Source of the DNA: an uncultured Eubacteriales bacterium
GTDB lineage: Bacteria; Bacillota; Clostridia; Christensenellales; UBA1242
Reading direction: 5' to 3'
Length of the DNA stretch: 64,000 bases
Assembly (NCBI GenBank): GCA_949841245.1
Contig: CATKYT010000001.1
Location: forward strand, 10,906 to 74,905
The translations under genes were made by a program, and so were the position numbers. The notes under the pieces were generated by a model. It had not been told where the DNA came from and did no database searches. It saw only the letters and a program-made list of their open reading frames with translations. Shown one piece after another: positions 9,355 through 17,219 of the stretch (its first letter is position 1; each line of letters begins with the position of its first letter).

Positions 9355-9951
9355 ATGAGAATAGGAATAGATATTGACGGAGTTTTAACTGATGTATACC
9401 GATTTATTTTAGATTATTTAAGTAAATTCTGTGTTGAAAATAACATTGATTATTGCGTCGGAGAAAGTTTTTATGACGAGTCAAAAACTTTTGGAATTGA
9501 CAAAATTGATGCCGACAAGTTTTGGGATGAATATATAGAATTTTATTCAAAACATGTAAAAGCCAGACCATTTGCGTCTGAAATTATAAAAAAACTTAGA
9601 AGTCTTGGTCATGAGATTTTTATTGTTACAGCAAGATGGCTGACAAACAGGGATGATAAAATTGGCAATAAAATGCGAAAGACTGTAAAGAAATGGCTTG
9701 CTGATAATAAAATCTTATATGAAAAATTGGTATTTTGCAAAGCACAAGATGAAAGAAAAGTTATGGAGATTCTTGACAACAAAATAGACATTATGATTGA
9801 AGACAGCCCCAAAAACATAGATGAGTTATCAAAGTTTGTCAAAGTAATTTGCTTTGATAATGATTATAACAAAAAATGCGGGGGGGGGAATATAACTAGA
9901 TGTTGCAGTTGGTATGACATATATAAAGCAATTGAAAATAAAAAGTTGTAA
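9355..9951 (+). CDS. HAD-superfamily hydrolase, 5'(3')-deoxyribonucleotidase-like
   Basis: N-terminal DxDGV motif (IGIDIDGVLTD) and SD AAGGAG. Contains the in-frame G9 tract at 9880..9888. Confidence 0.65.
   Translation: MRIGIDIDGVLTDVYRFILDYLSKFCVENNIDYCVGESFYDESKTFGIDKIDADKFWDEYIEFYSKHVKARPFASEIIKKLRSLGHEIFIVTARWLTNRDDKIGNKMRKTVKKWLADNKILYEKLVFCKAQDERKVMEILDNKIDIMIEDSPKNIDELSKFVKVICFDNDYNKKCGGGNITRCCSWYDIYKAIENKKL
9880..9888. repeat. G9 homopolymeric tract inside a coding region (encodes GGG)
   Basis: Counted directly (tgcg ggggggggaa). It lies 21 codons before the stop of 9355..9951. Confidence 0.9.
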
Positions 9952-10142
9952 AGAAAAGAAATAAGTTTTAAAGAGTTTTTTAAAAGTTGAAATGTATAAA
10001 GATTGTGGCTTATATGAAGAAATTTTCAAATTGCTTTCTGTCTGCAATAACTAAGTTGGTGAGTTGGTTTTCAAAAAACTTTCAAATTTGTGGTAAACAA
10101 CTTTAAAAAGTTTTTTCTTAGTGAAATAATAAAGTGAGAAAG

Positions 10143-10173
10143 AAAAAAAAGATTGCAAAGTGCAATCTTTTTT
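10143..10173. terminator. bidirectional terminator
   Basis: A-run, then stem agattgca / tgcaatct with loop aag, then T-run. Confidence 0.55.
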
Positions 10174-11086
10174 AATTGTTGTCATTTAAAAGTTCCAAGA
10201 CTGGGTTATAGTAGTGATAACAGAAGTGCAGATCAGTGTAATTGTAATAATTATCAATTTCTTCAAATTTTTGAAAACATTTTTCAATTCCATCTTTAAA
10301 GAAAGTGATTTCTTCCGTTATTCCGCCATGATTTTCAGTTGGCTTTTGAAGTTCGGCAATTGTTTCGATATGCTTTTTATATTTTTTGGCAAACTCAATT
10401 TCTTTTGACATGTTTTCAATCATGTTTGCTTTTTCATAGTTCATTAGTTGAACATAATCACAACCATCTTTGATAAGTTCTTCCAAACAACTTTCATTCA
10501 GTTTGTCGTAAAAAGTTGGAATGCAAGCAACAAGTTTTTGATTTTGTTCTTTGGAATAGTTATAACAATTTTTCATGACATTTACATAGTTTTGAAGCAT
10601 TGAAATTCTTTCTTCGTCTGTTGTTAAGTTTTTGTATTCTTCCGTGGTGTGAAATTCCCAATCAACAGCAACACCAGCGATTTTATAGTTTGAGTTTTTG
10701 TTAAATTCGGTCACTTTGTCAACCATCGCTTGAATTTCAATTTGATTTTGATTGAAGTCAGCATGCTTTTGGTCGTAAATAACATACATGTTCAAGTTGT
10801 TTTGTTTGGCATGTGCAAAAGTGAGTTTAAATTGATTAGACCCAAAATCCAAAGGTTTATCTGGACTTTCAGACCCAACATAAATGGTTTTAATTTGCAG
10901 TGCAGTGACAACATCGTCAAAGTCATCAAAGTTGACATCTTCCACGCCCCAAAAGAAAAGAGAAAATCTTCTTTCAGGTGGAGTAAAGTTCGGTGCCGGT
11001 GAGTTTACAAGAGAAATGACGACAACTGCAATGCCGATTCCGAATACAATTATCATTCCTAATATACTCATTTTTCTGTTGTACAT
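10172..11086 (-). CDS. membrane-anchored protein, possible glycoside-hydrolase-like (TIM-barrel) fold
   Basis: N-terminal TM helix. The GVAVDWEFH segment is reminiscent of the GH18 DxxDxDxE-type acid motif. Function not established. Confidence 0.35.
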   Translation of the reverse strand: MYNRKMSILGMIIVFGIGIAVVVISLVNSPAPNFTPPERRFSLFFWGVEDVNFDDFDDVVTALQIKTIYVGSESPDKPLDFGSNQFKLTFAHAKQNNLNMYVIYDQKHADFNQNQIEIQAMVDKVTEFNKNSNYKIAGVAVDWEFHTTEEYKNLTTDEERISMLQNYVNVMKNCYNYSKEQNQKLVACIPTFYDKLNESCLEELIKDGCDYVQLMNYEKANMIENMSKEIEFAKKYKKHIETIAELQKPTENHGGITEEITFFKDGIEKCFQKFEEIDNYYNYTDLHFCYHYYNPVLELLNDNN

Positions 11087-11212
11087 AAGTTTCTCCTTTT
11101 AATGAATTTCAGTGTTCGTTGCAACTTTTAAACATTCAGAAATTTTTAGTTTATAAATGTTTCGCAATTTTCAAACTATTTTAACATAATTTTATTGTTA
11201 ACAATTTTTAAT

Positions 11213-11677
11213 TTAAATTAACTCTTTTTGCCAATCAGAAATGTTAAATCTTGGATTAGCTGGACTTGTTGAAGAAAGATACACAATAGGAATAGTTGTA
11301 TTAAAATTTTCCATCAAAAGGTTGTAAGCAGTTTTTCCATTACAAATGATCTTTTCCACTTTGGTGTGGGGTGGCAGAAGAAAAGACATGTCTGCAATTT
11401 TCATTTGTGATTTTTCTAAATCCAAATCTGCTGAACCTTTAAGGTCACTTTCAAGCACGACATCATAAAGAGCGATGTTGTGTTTTAAAAGAAAACTCTT
11501 TTTGTTTTCAACATCTTCAGAAATATTTTCGTTGTAAATTTGAGAAAGCATTTTCCAAAAACGATTTTGTTTATGCCCATAATAAAAACCATTTTCGCGA
11601 CTTTTAACACTTGGAAAACTTCCAAGAATTAAAATGCGAGAATTTTTGTCATAAACTGGTTCAAATCCTTTAAACAT
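11213..11677 (-). CDS. DNA-deoxyinosine (hypoxanthine) glycosylase, UDG superfamily
   Basis: RILILGSFPSVKSRENGFYYGHKQNRFWKML and LSSTSPANP are hallmark segments of this family. Confidence 0.75.
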   Translation of the reverse strand: MFKGFEPVYDKNSRILILGSFPSVKSRENGFYYGHKQNRFWKMLSQIYNENISEDVENKKSFLLKHNIALYDVVLESDLKGSADLDLEKSQMKIADMSFLLPPHTKVEKIICNGKTAYNLLMENFNTTIPIVYLSSTSPANPRFNISDWQKELI

Positions 11678-11809
11678 AAAAACCTTCCGTAAATATATTC
11701 TAACATTAATTTAAAACTAAACAAAGTAATTGACAAGAAAATTTGTTGTTATTATAATGTTTAAAAATGGGGCAATAATAGGAAGAAGAACAAAATCTAA
11801 GGACGGAAT

Positions 11810-12154
11810 ATGAGTTATTTTAATGAAGTTTATGAAGTTGTGAAACAAATCCCGAAAGGCAAAGTGGCAACATACGGACAAATTGCCAAAATTCTTGGAA
11901 ATCCAAGACGGTCGCAAATTGTTGGTTATGCTTTACATGACAATCCAGATCCATCCACAATTCCATGTCACAGGGTGGTAAATCGTTTTGGCATGGTTTG
12001 CACAGGCTTTGCATTTGGTGGAGAAAAAGAGCAAAGAAAACTTTTGGAAGCGGAAGGAGTTGTATTTGAAAAGGATGGCACAATAGACTTAAAAAAACAT
12101 CAATGGAATCCCGAAGAAACTGGACTTACAGACATTGGCATTGATTTTGATTAA
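11810..12154 (+). CDS. MGMT-family protein (methylated-DNA-protein-cysteine methyltransferase DNA-binding domain only)
   Basis: VATYGQIAKILGNPRRSQIVGYAL and IPCHRVVN (PCHR active-site motif). Confidence 0.8.
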   Translation: MSYFNEVYEVVKQIPKGKVATYGQIAKILGNPRRSQIVGYALHDNPDPSTIPCHRVVNRFGMVCTGFAFGGEKEQRKLLEAEGVVFEKDGTIDLKKHQWNPEETGLTDIGIDFD

Positions 12155-12201
12155 AAAACAGGACAACAACTATAAATTTTGAAACCAACCAAAACTAAAA
12201 C

Positions 12202-12237
12202 AAAAAAATTACCACGACAAATGTCGTGGTTTAATTT
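12202..12237. terminator. rho-independent terminator
   Basis: Stem accacgac / gtcgtggt with loop aaat, flanked by A- and T-rich runs. Confidence 0.5.
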
Positions 12238-12238
12238 A

Positions 12239-13159
12239 TTATTTTTCAAAATTCTCGTAAACATTTTGCGTAGGGTTTTGTTTAATTATTTTTAATTTCT
12301 TAGATGCTTTCTTTCGAGTTTTTGAATCTTCTATTCTATGTGTTTTAATAATTCTTTTTATTATTTTTTCATCAATAGTAGAGTCTAACTCTAAATCTTT
12401 TTTATTTGTTTTTTGATAATATGGATTTTTAACTCCATCTCGAGATATCTCTCTGCCGTACTTATCTCTAACAATCTTAAATTTTCTGTCAAGAGCCGCA
12501 GGGTCTGTTTTCATAAGTTTTATATCTTCTTCAACTTCTTTTTGCATTGCTTCAAAGTCAATTGATTTTTTTAATTTAGCAATTTCTTCTTGAAGTTTCT
12601 CTCTATATATAACAGTTCCCATATAGTTTGAGTGTTCAATACAAGATTCAATTATAGGAAGTGTTGTAACAAGCGACCATTTTTCTTTTTCAAAATTAGA
12701 TGCAAGAATATCTTGAATCTCTTTATCTTGCATGCATTCTTCTTTTGTAAAAACATGATTAATCTTTGGCTTTTCAAACTCGTCAAAATATGTTTTTTCG
12801 TAAATAAGACTTGTTGATGTATCAACAACCCAAGTTTTACCATCACCAAACTCCTCTGTTTCTATGTAAGCATGTTCGGATTCTTCTTCACTATATCTAA
12901 TGCGTAAACTTTCAATATTTGCATGAACTATTTTGCAATCATCAAAAGCCAATTGCATTAACTTTGCTCTATCATAACAATGACCATTATTCATTTCGAT
13001 TATAAACAATAAAATAGATACCGGTAAACCACCAAAACTATACGGACGAAGATAGTCAAAAAGAACATCTGGAAAAACAAAAATTTTTCTTTCTTTAAAA
13101 CCTTTCATCAACCAGTTGGAGTGTTTTTGTTCTAACTCATCAATTTTAATTTCTTCCAC
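12239..13159 (-). CDS. hypothetical protein (N-terminal domain with ordered Cys..His..Asp candidates; Lys-rich C-terminal tail)
   Basis: 306-aa ORF. The NNGHCYDRAKL ... EHAYIE ... WVVDTS ordering resembles papain/transglutaminase-like folds. This is weak. Confidence 0.4.
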   Translation of the reverse strand: MEEIKIDELEQKHSNWLMKGFKERKIFVFPDVLFDYLRPYSFGGLPVSILLFIIEMNNGHCYDRAKLMQLAFDDCKIVHANIESLRIRYSEEESEHAYIETEEFGDGKTWVVDTSTSLIYEKTYFDEFEKPKINHVFTKEECMQDKEIQDILASNFEKEKWSLVTTLPIIESCIEHSNYMGTVIYREKLQEEIAKLKKSIDFEAMQKEVEEDIKLMKTDPAALDRKFKIVRDKYGREISRDGVKNPYYQKTNKKDLELDSTIDEKIIKRIIKTHRIEDSKTRKKASKKLKIIKQNPTQNVYENFEK

Positions 13160-13265
13160 TTATCCACCTCGACAAGATAGTTATAACATAAATTCTTTTT
13201 TATTGCAATACATTTAAATAAAGTTAATGTAAGTAAAAATTAGTCAAAAGAAATATTATCCAGTT

Positions 13266-13322
13266 GTTTTGTCTATGTTTTTCTTTAAATGATCAGCTAG
13301 TTTCAAAATTGAGTAACTAAAG
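13266..13322 (-). repeat. intergenic repeat family, copy C (3' of metK)
   Basis: The minus strand reads CTTTAGTTACTCAATTTTGAAACTAGCTGATCATTTAAAGAAAAACATAGACAAAAC. This is about four-fifths identical by eye to copy A. Confidence 0.6.
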
Positions 13323-13330
13323 TAATGTAT

Positions 13331-14419
13331 TTATTTATTAATTTTCTTTACTTGTTCCCAAGGGAAAGCAGGATTTCCGAAGTGACCATAACATGCTGTT
13401 TGTTTAAAGATTGGTCGAAAAAGTTGCAATTCTTTGATTATATTGTCAGGTGAGAAATCAAAATTTTTGTTTACTATTTCATATATTTTTTCCAAACTGA
13501 TTTTTTCTGTGCCAAAAGTTTCAATGCAAAGAGAGATAGGTTTTTCCATGCCAATGCCATAAGAAACTTCAATTTCACATTTGTCACAAAGTTTGTTGTA
13601 AACCAAATTTTTGGCAACATAGCGCGCATAATATGCACCAGAGCGGTCAACCTTTGTGGCATTTTTACTGGAAAAACATCCACCACCAACTTTGGCGATT
13701 CCACCATAGGTGTCTACAACAATTTTTCTTCCCACACAGCCACTGTCACCAAAACTGCCCCAAATTGTAAATTTTCCACTTGGATTAATGATGAATTTAG
13801 TTTCCTTTTTAACAAATTTTCTATATTCTTCCAAAACGACATCCACAACATTGGTTTGAATTTTGCTTTGCAAATTTTCGCAACCTTTTTTATGACTTGC
13901 GCTGATTAAAATTGTGTCTATGTAAAGGGGTTTATTGTCATCATAACAGAAAGAAACTTGACATTTGGCGTCAGCAAAAAATTCGTCTGTGGTTTGACGA
14001 TATTCTTCAAAGCGTTTCATAAGTTTATGTGCCATTGTAATTGTGAGTGGCATAAATTCTTTTGTTTCATTTGTGGCATAACCATAAACCATTCCTTGAT
14101 CATTGGCACAAAGTTTTTGCTTTACAACAGCTTGATTAATGTCTGGGCTTTGTTTGGAAATTTCTGTGACAATTTTAAATTTCTTTTTATATCCGATTTG
14201 TGTCAAAATTTCATTGGCAATTTTTTTCCAGTCAATTTTTGCCGTTGTGGTTGCTTCACCATAAACAAAAAGTTTGTTGTTTTTAATGGCACATTCGACA
14301 GCCATTTGTGCGTTGGCATCTTGTCTTAATGCTTCATCTAAAAAAGCGTCAGCAATTACATCACATGTTTTGTCTGGATGTCCAATGTTTACGCTTTCGC
14401 TTGTTAAAATTTTTTTCAT
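13331..14419 (-). CDS. metK: S-adenosylmethionine synthetase
   Basis: KILTSESVNIGHPDKTCDVIADAFLD and GGGCFSSKNATKVDRSGAYYARYVAKN. Start set at ATG 14419 with SD AAGGAGAAAAC. The listed 5' extension to 14494 overlaps the riboswitch terminator. Confidence 0.95.
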   Translation of the reverse strand: MKKILTSESVNIGHPDKTCDVIADAFLDEALRQDANAQMAVECAIKNNKLFVYGEATTTAKIDWKKIANEILTQIGYKKKFKIVTEISKQSPDINQAVVKQKLCANDQGMVYGYATNETKEFMPLTITMAHKLMKRFEEYRQTTDEFFADAKCQVSFCYDDNKPLYIDTILISASHKKGCENLQSKIQTNVVDVVLEEYRKFVKKETKFIINPSGKFTIWGSFGDSGCVGRKIVVDTYGGIAKVGGGCFSSKNATKVDRSGAYYARYVAKNLVYNKLCDKCEIEVSYGIGMEKPISLCIETFGTEKISLEKIYEIVNKNFDFSPDNIIKELQLFRPIFKQTACYGHFGNPAFPWEQVKKINK

Positions 14420-14443
14420 AGTTTTCTCCTTGGTCATAAGAGT

Positions 14444-14586
14444 AAAAAAAGACTGCCACATATGCGACAGTTGAAACAGTTTCCATCGCATCAAGCATTA
14501 GCACCTTGTCATTTTCAATTATCTTATTATAATGATAGGTTGCTGTGTGGTCAACGGGCTTGTCCCTTACACACTCTTTATGGTTA
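14444..14586 (-). promoter_or_regulatory. SAM-I (S-box) riboswitch with terminator expression platform
   Basis: The leader reads AGAGTGTGTAAGGGACAAGCCCGTTGACCACACAGCAACC ... AAGGTGCTAATGC, matching the S-box core. It is followed by terminator ACTGTCGC-ATAT-GTGGCAGT plus CTTTTTTT at 14471..14444. Confidence 0.8.
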
Positions 14587-14591
14587 CAAAC

Positions 14592-14620
14592 ATTATAACA
14601 TTGACAAAATTCTATGTCAA
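14592..14620 (-). promoter_or_regulatory. consensus promoter TTGACA-17-TATAAT for the metK leader
   Basis: The minus strand reads TTGACAtagaattttgtcaatgtTATAAT. Confidence 0.65.
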
Positions 14621-14719
14621 CCAAATTACCTTTGAAAAATATCTTTTAACATACTTTAAATTGTTTGATTTTTATTTTATTTTGTTTTATTATTACATTG
14701 AAATTAAAGGAGAAAATTT

Positions 14720-15349
14720 ATGAAAAGAGTTAAAAAGTTTTTTGGCGATTTTAAAAAATTCATTTCCAGAGGAAATGTAATTGACATGGCTGTCGGTGTT
14801 ATTATTGGCGGTGCTTTTAGTGCAATTGTTACAGCACTTGCAAATAAAATCATTATGCCACTTATCAATTTGTTACTGTCTTTGGCTGGTGGTGATGGCT
14901 TGGAATCAGCAAGAACAATTCTTGGAGAACCTGTTTACAACACACCAGGGCTTGCAGAAAGTGGCATAAATTGGGCGTCAACAATTTACATTGATTGGGG
15001 TGCTTTCATTACAGCCATCATTGATTTTATTTTAATTGCATTTGTGTTGTTTTTAATTTTGAAAATAATGATGAACGCACAAGGAGTTTTGACAAAAGCA
15101 AGCAAAGAACGCCCAACAAAAGAAGAACGCAAAGTTTTAAAAGAACAAGGCGTAAATATGAAAGACAGAAAAGCGGTTATTGCAGCAACAGCAGAACTCA
15201 GAGAAAAGAATAAACCAGCACCAGTTGAACCATCACCAACTCAAGAACAACTTTTGGCAGGAATTTTGGAAGAACTTAAAAAACAAAACGAAGCAAAAGA
15301 AGATGTGATTGTAGAACCAGTAAAGAAAACTAGAAAGACAACAAAATAA
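14720..15349 (+). CDS. mscL: large-conductance mechanosensitive channel with a long charged C-terminal extension
   Basis: FKKFISRGNVIDMAVGVIIGGAFSAIVTALANKIIMPLI is the MscL TM1 signature. SD AAAGGAG is present. At 209 aa it is longer than my recollection of typical MscL (~130-150 aa). Confidence 0.9.
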   Translation: MKRVKKFFGDFKKFISRGNVIDMAVGVIIGGAFSAIVTALANKIIMPLINLLLSLAGGDGLESARTILGEPVYNTPGLAESGINWASTIYIDWGAFITAIIDFILIAFVLFLILKIMMNAQGVLTKASKERPTKEERKVLKEQGVNMKDRKAVIAATAELREKNKPAPVEPSPTQEQLLAGILEELKKQNEAKEDVIVEPVKKTRKTTK

Positions 15350-15353
15350 AATC

Positions 15354-15421
15354 AAAAAACAAGGCTTAGTCACTAACTTTTGAAACTAGCGGAATAATTA
15401 AAGGAAAAACACAGACAAATC
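15354..15421 (+). repeat. intergenic repeat family, copy A (3' of mscL)
   Basis: AAAAAACAAGGCTTAGTCACTAACTTTTGAAACTAGCGGAATAATTAAAGGAAAAACACAGACAAATC. Confidence 0.6.
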
Positions 15422-15593
15422 TGCCTATGTTTTCTTTTTGCTCCTAACCCTCTCTTGACTGCTAAAAAAGCGAATATCTCTGCCGTTGTCACAGGTTGTT
15501 GTCAAAATAGATAGATTACAAATAACTAGACATTCACTTTAACCTTGACAACAAAGAATATTCACTTACACTAGAAAATAGAGAGAAGAAAAC

Positions 15594-15730
15594 AAAAAAG
15601 CAAAAGAGCGGTGTGCGTTATGCTCTGCCAGCAACTGCTCTTTTGCTAGCAATATTGAGTTTGGGCGTGTGCTTGTATGCTGGAGCGAAGCGACAGCACT
15701 TGTATCAAGACAAGCACACGTCTAAATGCC
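15594..15730 (-). ncRNA. candidate structured small RNA or leader element (GC-rich double hairpin); family unknown
   Basis: There is a 10-bp stem gcaaaagagc/gctcttttgc (15600..15646) and an 11-bp stem cgtgtgcttgt/acaagcacacg (15666..15720). On the minus strand the first hairpin is followed by T6, which is terminator-like. No ORF of 60 aa or more occurs in 15350..15836. Confidence 0.25.
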
Positions 15731-15836
15731 AAAGTATTGATTTTTTATAAATTTTTTTGTAATTTTTGATACAAATTTAAGAAGATTATATTATAATTTT
15801 TATTAGATATATAATAATTTAACTTTGGAGTAATGT

Positions 15837-16427
15837 ATGAAAGAAGTAAATAAAATCTTTAATTTAATTTCTGGTATAGGTGCTATTATTTTAGGGTGTT
15901 GGTTTATTGTCTTACCCTGTATTGAGTGGCAAGGTTTTGGAATAGAACTTACTTTCATTAGCAATTTTTTTAGTGGAATATTTTATTTCGTTAGTGGAGT
16001 TGTGGTATTACTAAAAATTAAGATACCACATTTACTGTTTCTTATGCCGTCAACTCTTTTAATTATAGTAATGCTTGGCTCGATAGTTTTTCAACAAGGG
16101 TTCGTCGGAAATATGCTCTTTCTACATTTATTAAATCCTTTATTTTCTATGTTATATACACTATTTTTAACAATGCAAGAGTGTAAATTGCGACTTGTTC
16201 CGATTACCATTATTCCTATTGCCATTTATTATTTATTTTCTCAAATTCACGGCGTTATTACCCAAGATTTTATACATTCATTTCTTGATCCCATTCAAAT
16301 GGGTGCAGGCATAATGGCAGCCATTGTAATCGGCGGCGCATTAGTCAGTATCGCTATCGCTTATGGGTTTTATTTTCTCAATAAAGTCATAGTAAAATTT
16401 GTTTATAAAAATTTTGATAAAAATTAA
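15837..16427 (+). CDS. polytopic membrane protein, unknown function
   Basis: 196-aa ORF with about six hydrophobic helices. SD GGAG is present. Confidence 0.6.
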   Translation: MKEVNKIFNLISGIGAIILGCWFIVLPCIEWQGFGIELTFISNFFSGIFYFVSGVVVLLKIKIPHLLFLMPSTLLIIVMLGSIVFQQGFVGNMLFLHLLNPLFSMLYTLFLTMQECKLRLVPITIIPIAIYYLFSQIHGVITQDFIHSFLDPIQMGAGIMAAIVIGGALVSIAIAYGFYFLNKVIVKFVYKNFDKN

Positions 16428-16478
16428 ATTTCAATTTATCATGAAAAATTTGATATATTTTATTGTTAGCATTTCAAC

Positions 16479-16510
16479 AAAAAATGAACTATAAATTTAG
16501 TTCATTGTTT
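16479..16510. terminator. bidirectional terminator
   Basis: A-run, then stem atgaacta / tagttcat with loop taaatt, then T-rich run. Confidence 0.55.
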
Positions 16511-16511
16511 T

Positions 16512-16551
16512 GCTAGTTTCAAAGTTTATAGACCTTAGTGCCTTGTTTTTT
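16512..16551 (-). repeat. intergenic repeat family, copy B (3' of 16695..17120), inverted relative to copy A
   Basis: The minus strand reads AAAAAACAAGGCACTAAGGTCTATAAACTTTGAAACTAGC. It shares the AAAAAACAAGGC and TTTGAAACTAGC blocks with copy A. Confidence 0.55.
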
Positions 16552-16694
16552 ATGAAATTGTTTTTATAATACTTATGTCTTAAATTTAATGATAATTAAT
16601 AAGTTAATTTCTAAATTTTCAGTAAACTAGTTTTACTTATATAAAATGAAAAAGCAAACAATAATATTGTCTTAAAAAACGATGAACTTTAATG

Positions 16695-17120
16695 TTATTC
16701 ATTACTGTTTAAATTAAAATTGTTTTTATTTTCTTTTGCCATTATTTCGTTAATGTTAATCCACAAATCAATGGCTTCTTTTATTTCTTTATCTGTCGCA
16801 CCATATTTTTTCATTTTTATAGTAATTGAATCTTTTGACTTAAGTTCAAATTCAGTTTTTATGTTATAATTTGATTTGTAATCAAAAACATCTTTATGTT
16901 GGATATTGTAAAAATCCATGTAACTTTTCATTACCTTTGGATTTTCTTTTCCAAGTTTTGTTAAGTTGAATATATAATATTCTTTTAGTTTTGAAATGCA
17001 AGACCATTCACCATTTTCCAAAAAATAGGGACGATTTTTAGATTTAGAAAATTCCATAATTTCTTTAAGTTCCAAAAAATAGCGTGGTTCCAATTTATCA
17101 TAAGTTGGATGCTTTGACAT
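16695..17120 (-). CDS. hypothetical protein
   Basis: 141-aa ORF with no motif recognised. Confidence 0.45.
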   Translation of the reverse strand: MSKHPTYDKLEPRYFLELKEIMEFSKSKNRPYFLENGEWSCISKLKEYYIFNLTKLGKENPKVMKSYMDFYNIQHKDVFDYKSNYNIKTEFELKSKDSITIKMKKYGATDKEIKEAIDLWININEIMAKENKNNFNLNSNE

Positions 17121-17219
17121 AATTTTTCCTTGACTATATAAATTATTATATCATTTTTAAGCAAATATTGCAATAAAAAAACAACCCAAATTCTTATCCA
17201 GAATTTAAGTTGTTTTATG

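Noticed and set aside
9863-9891. A second poly-G-in-promoter arrangement: minus-strand TATAAT at 9868..9863, next to the G9 tract.
   Set aside because: No acceptable -35 at the right distance (ATTCCC), and it would only drive antisense transcription into the HAD gene. I treat it as a coding-region tract.
14420-14494. 5' extension of the metK ORF (the listed start at 14494).
   Set aside because: The extension covers the riboswitch terminator and has no SD. ATG 14419 is preceded by AAGGAGAAAAC and begins the conserved MKKILTSES N-terminus.
15361-15392. Short resemblance of repeat copy A (AAGGCTTAGTCACTAACTTTTGAAACTAGCGG) to the nexus/hairpin part of Cas9 tracrRNA/sgRNA (AAGGCTAGTCCGTTATCAACTTGAAAAAGTGGC).
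   Set aside because: Only a patchy match. There is no CRISPR array, anti-repeat or cas gene anywhere in the window, and the repeat occurs three times at gene 3' ends. I judge it coincidental.
15440-15459. Minus-strand TCAAGAGAGGGTTAGGAGC, resembling the 5' start of an S-box (CAAGAGAGG..GGAGGGA).
   Set aside because: The rest of the SAM-I core (GGCCC, GCAACC, GGTGCTAA) is absent and no suitable downstream gene exists on that strand.
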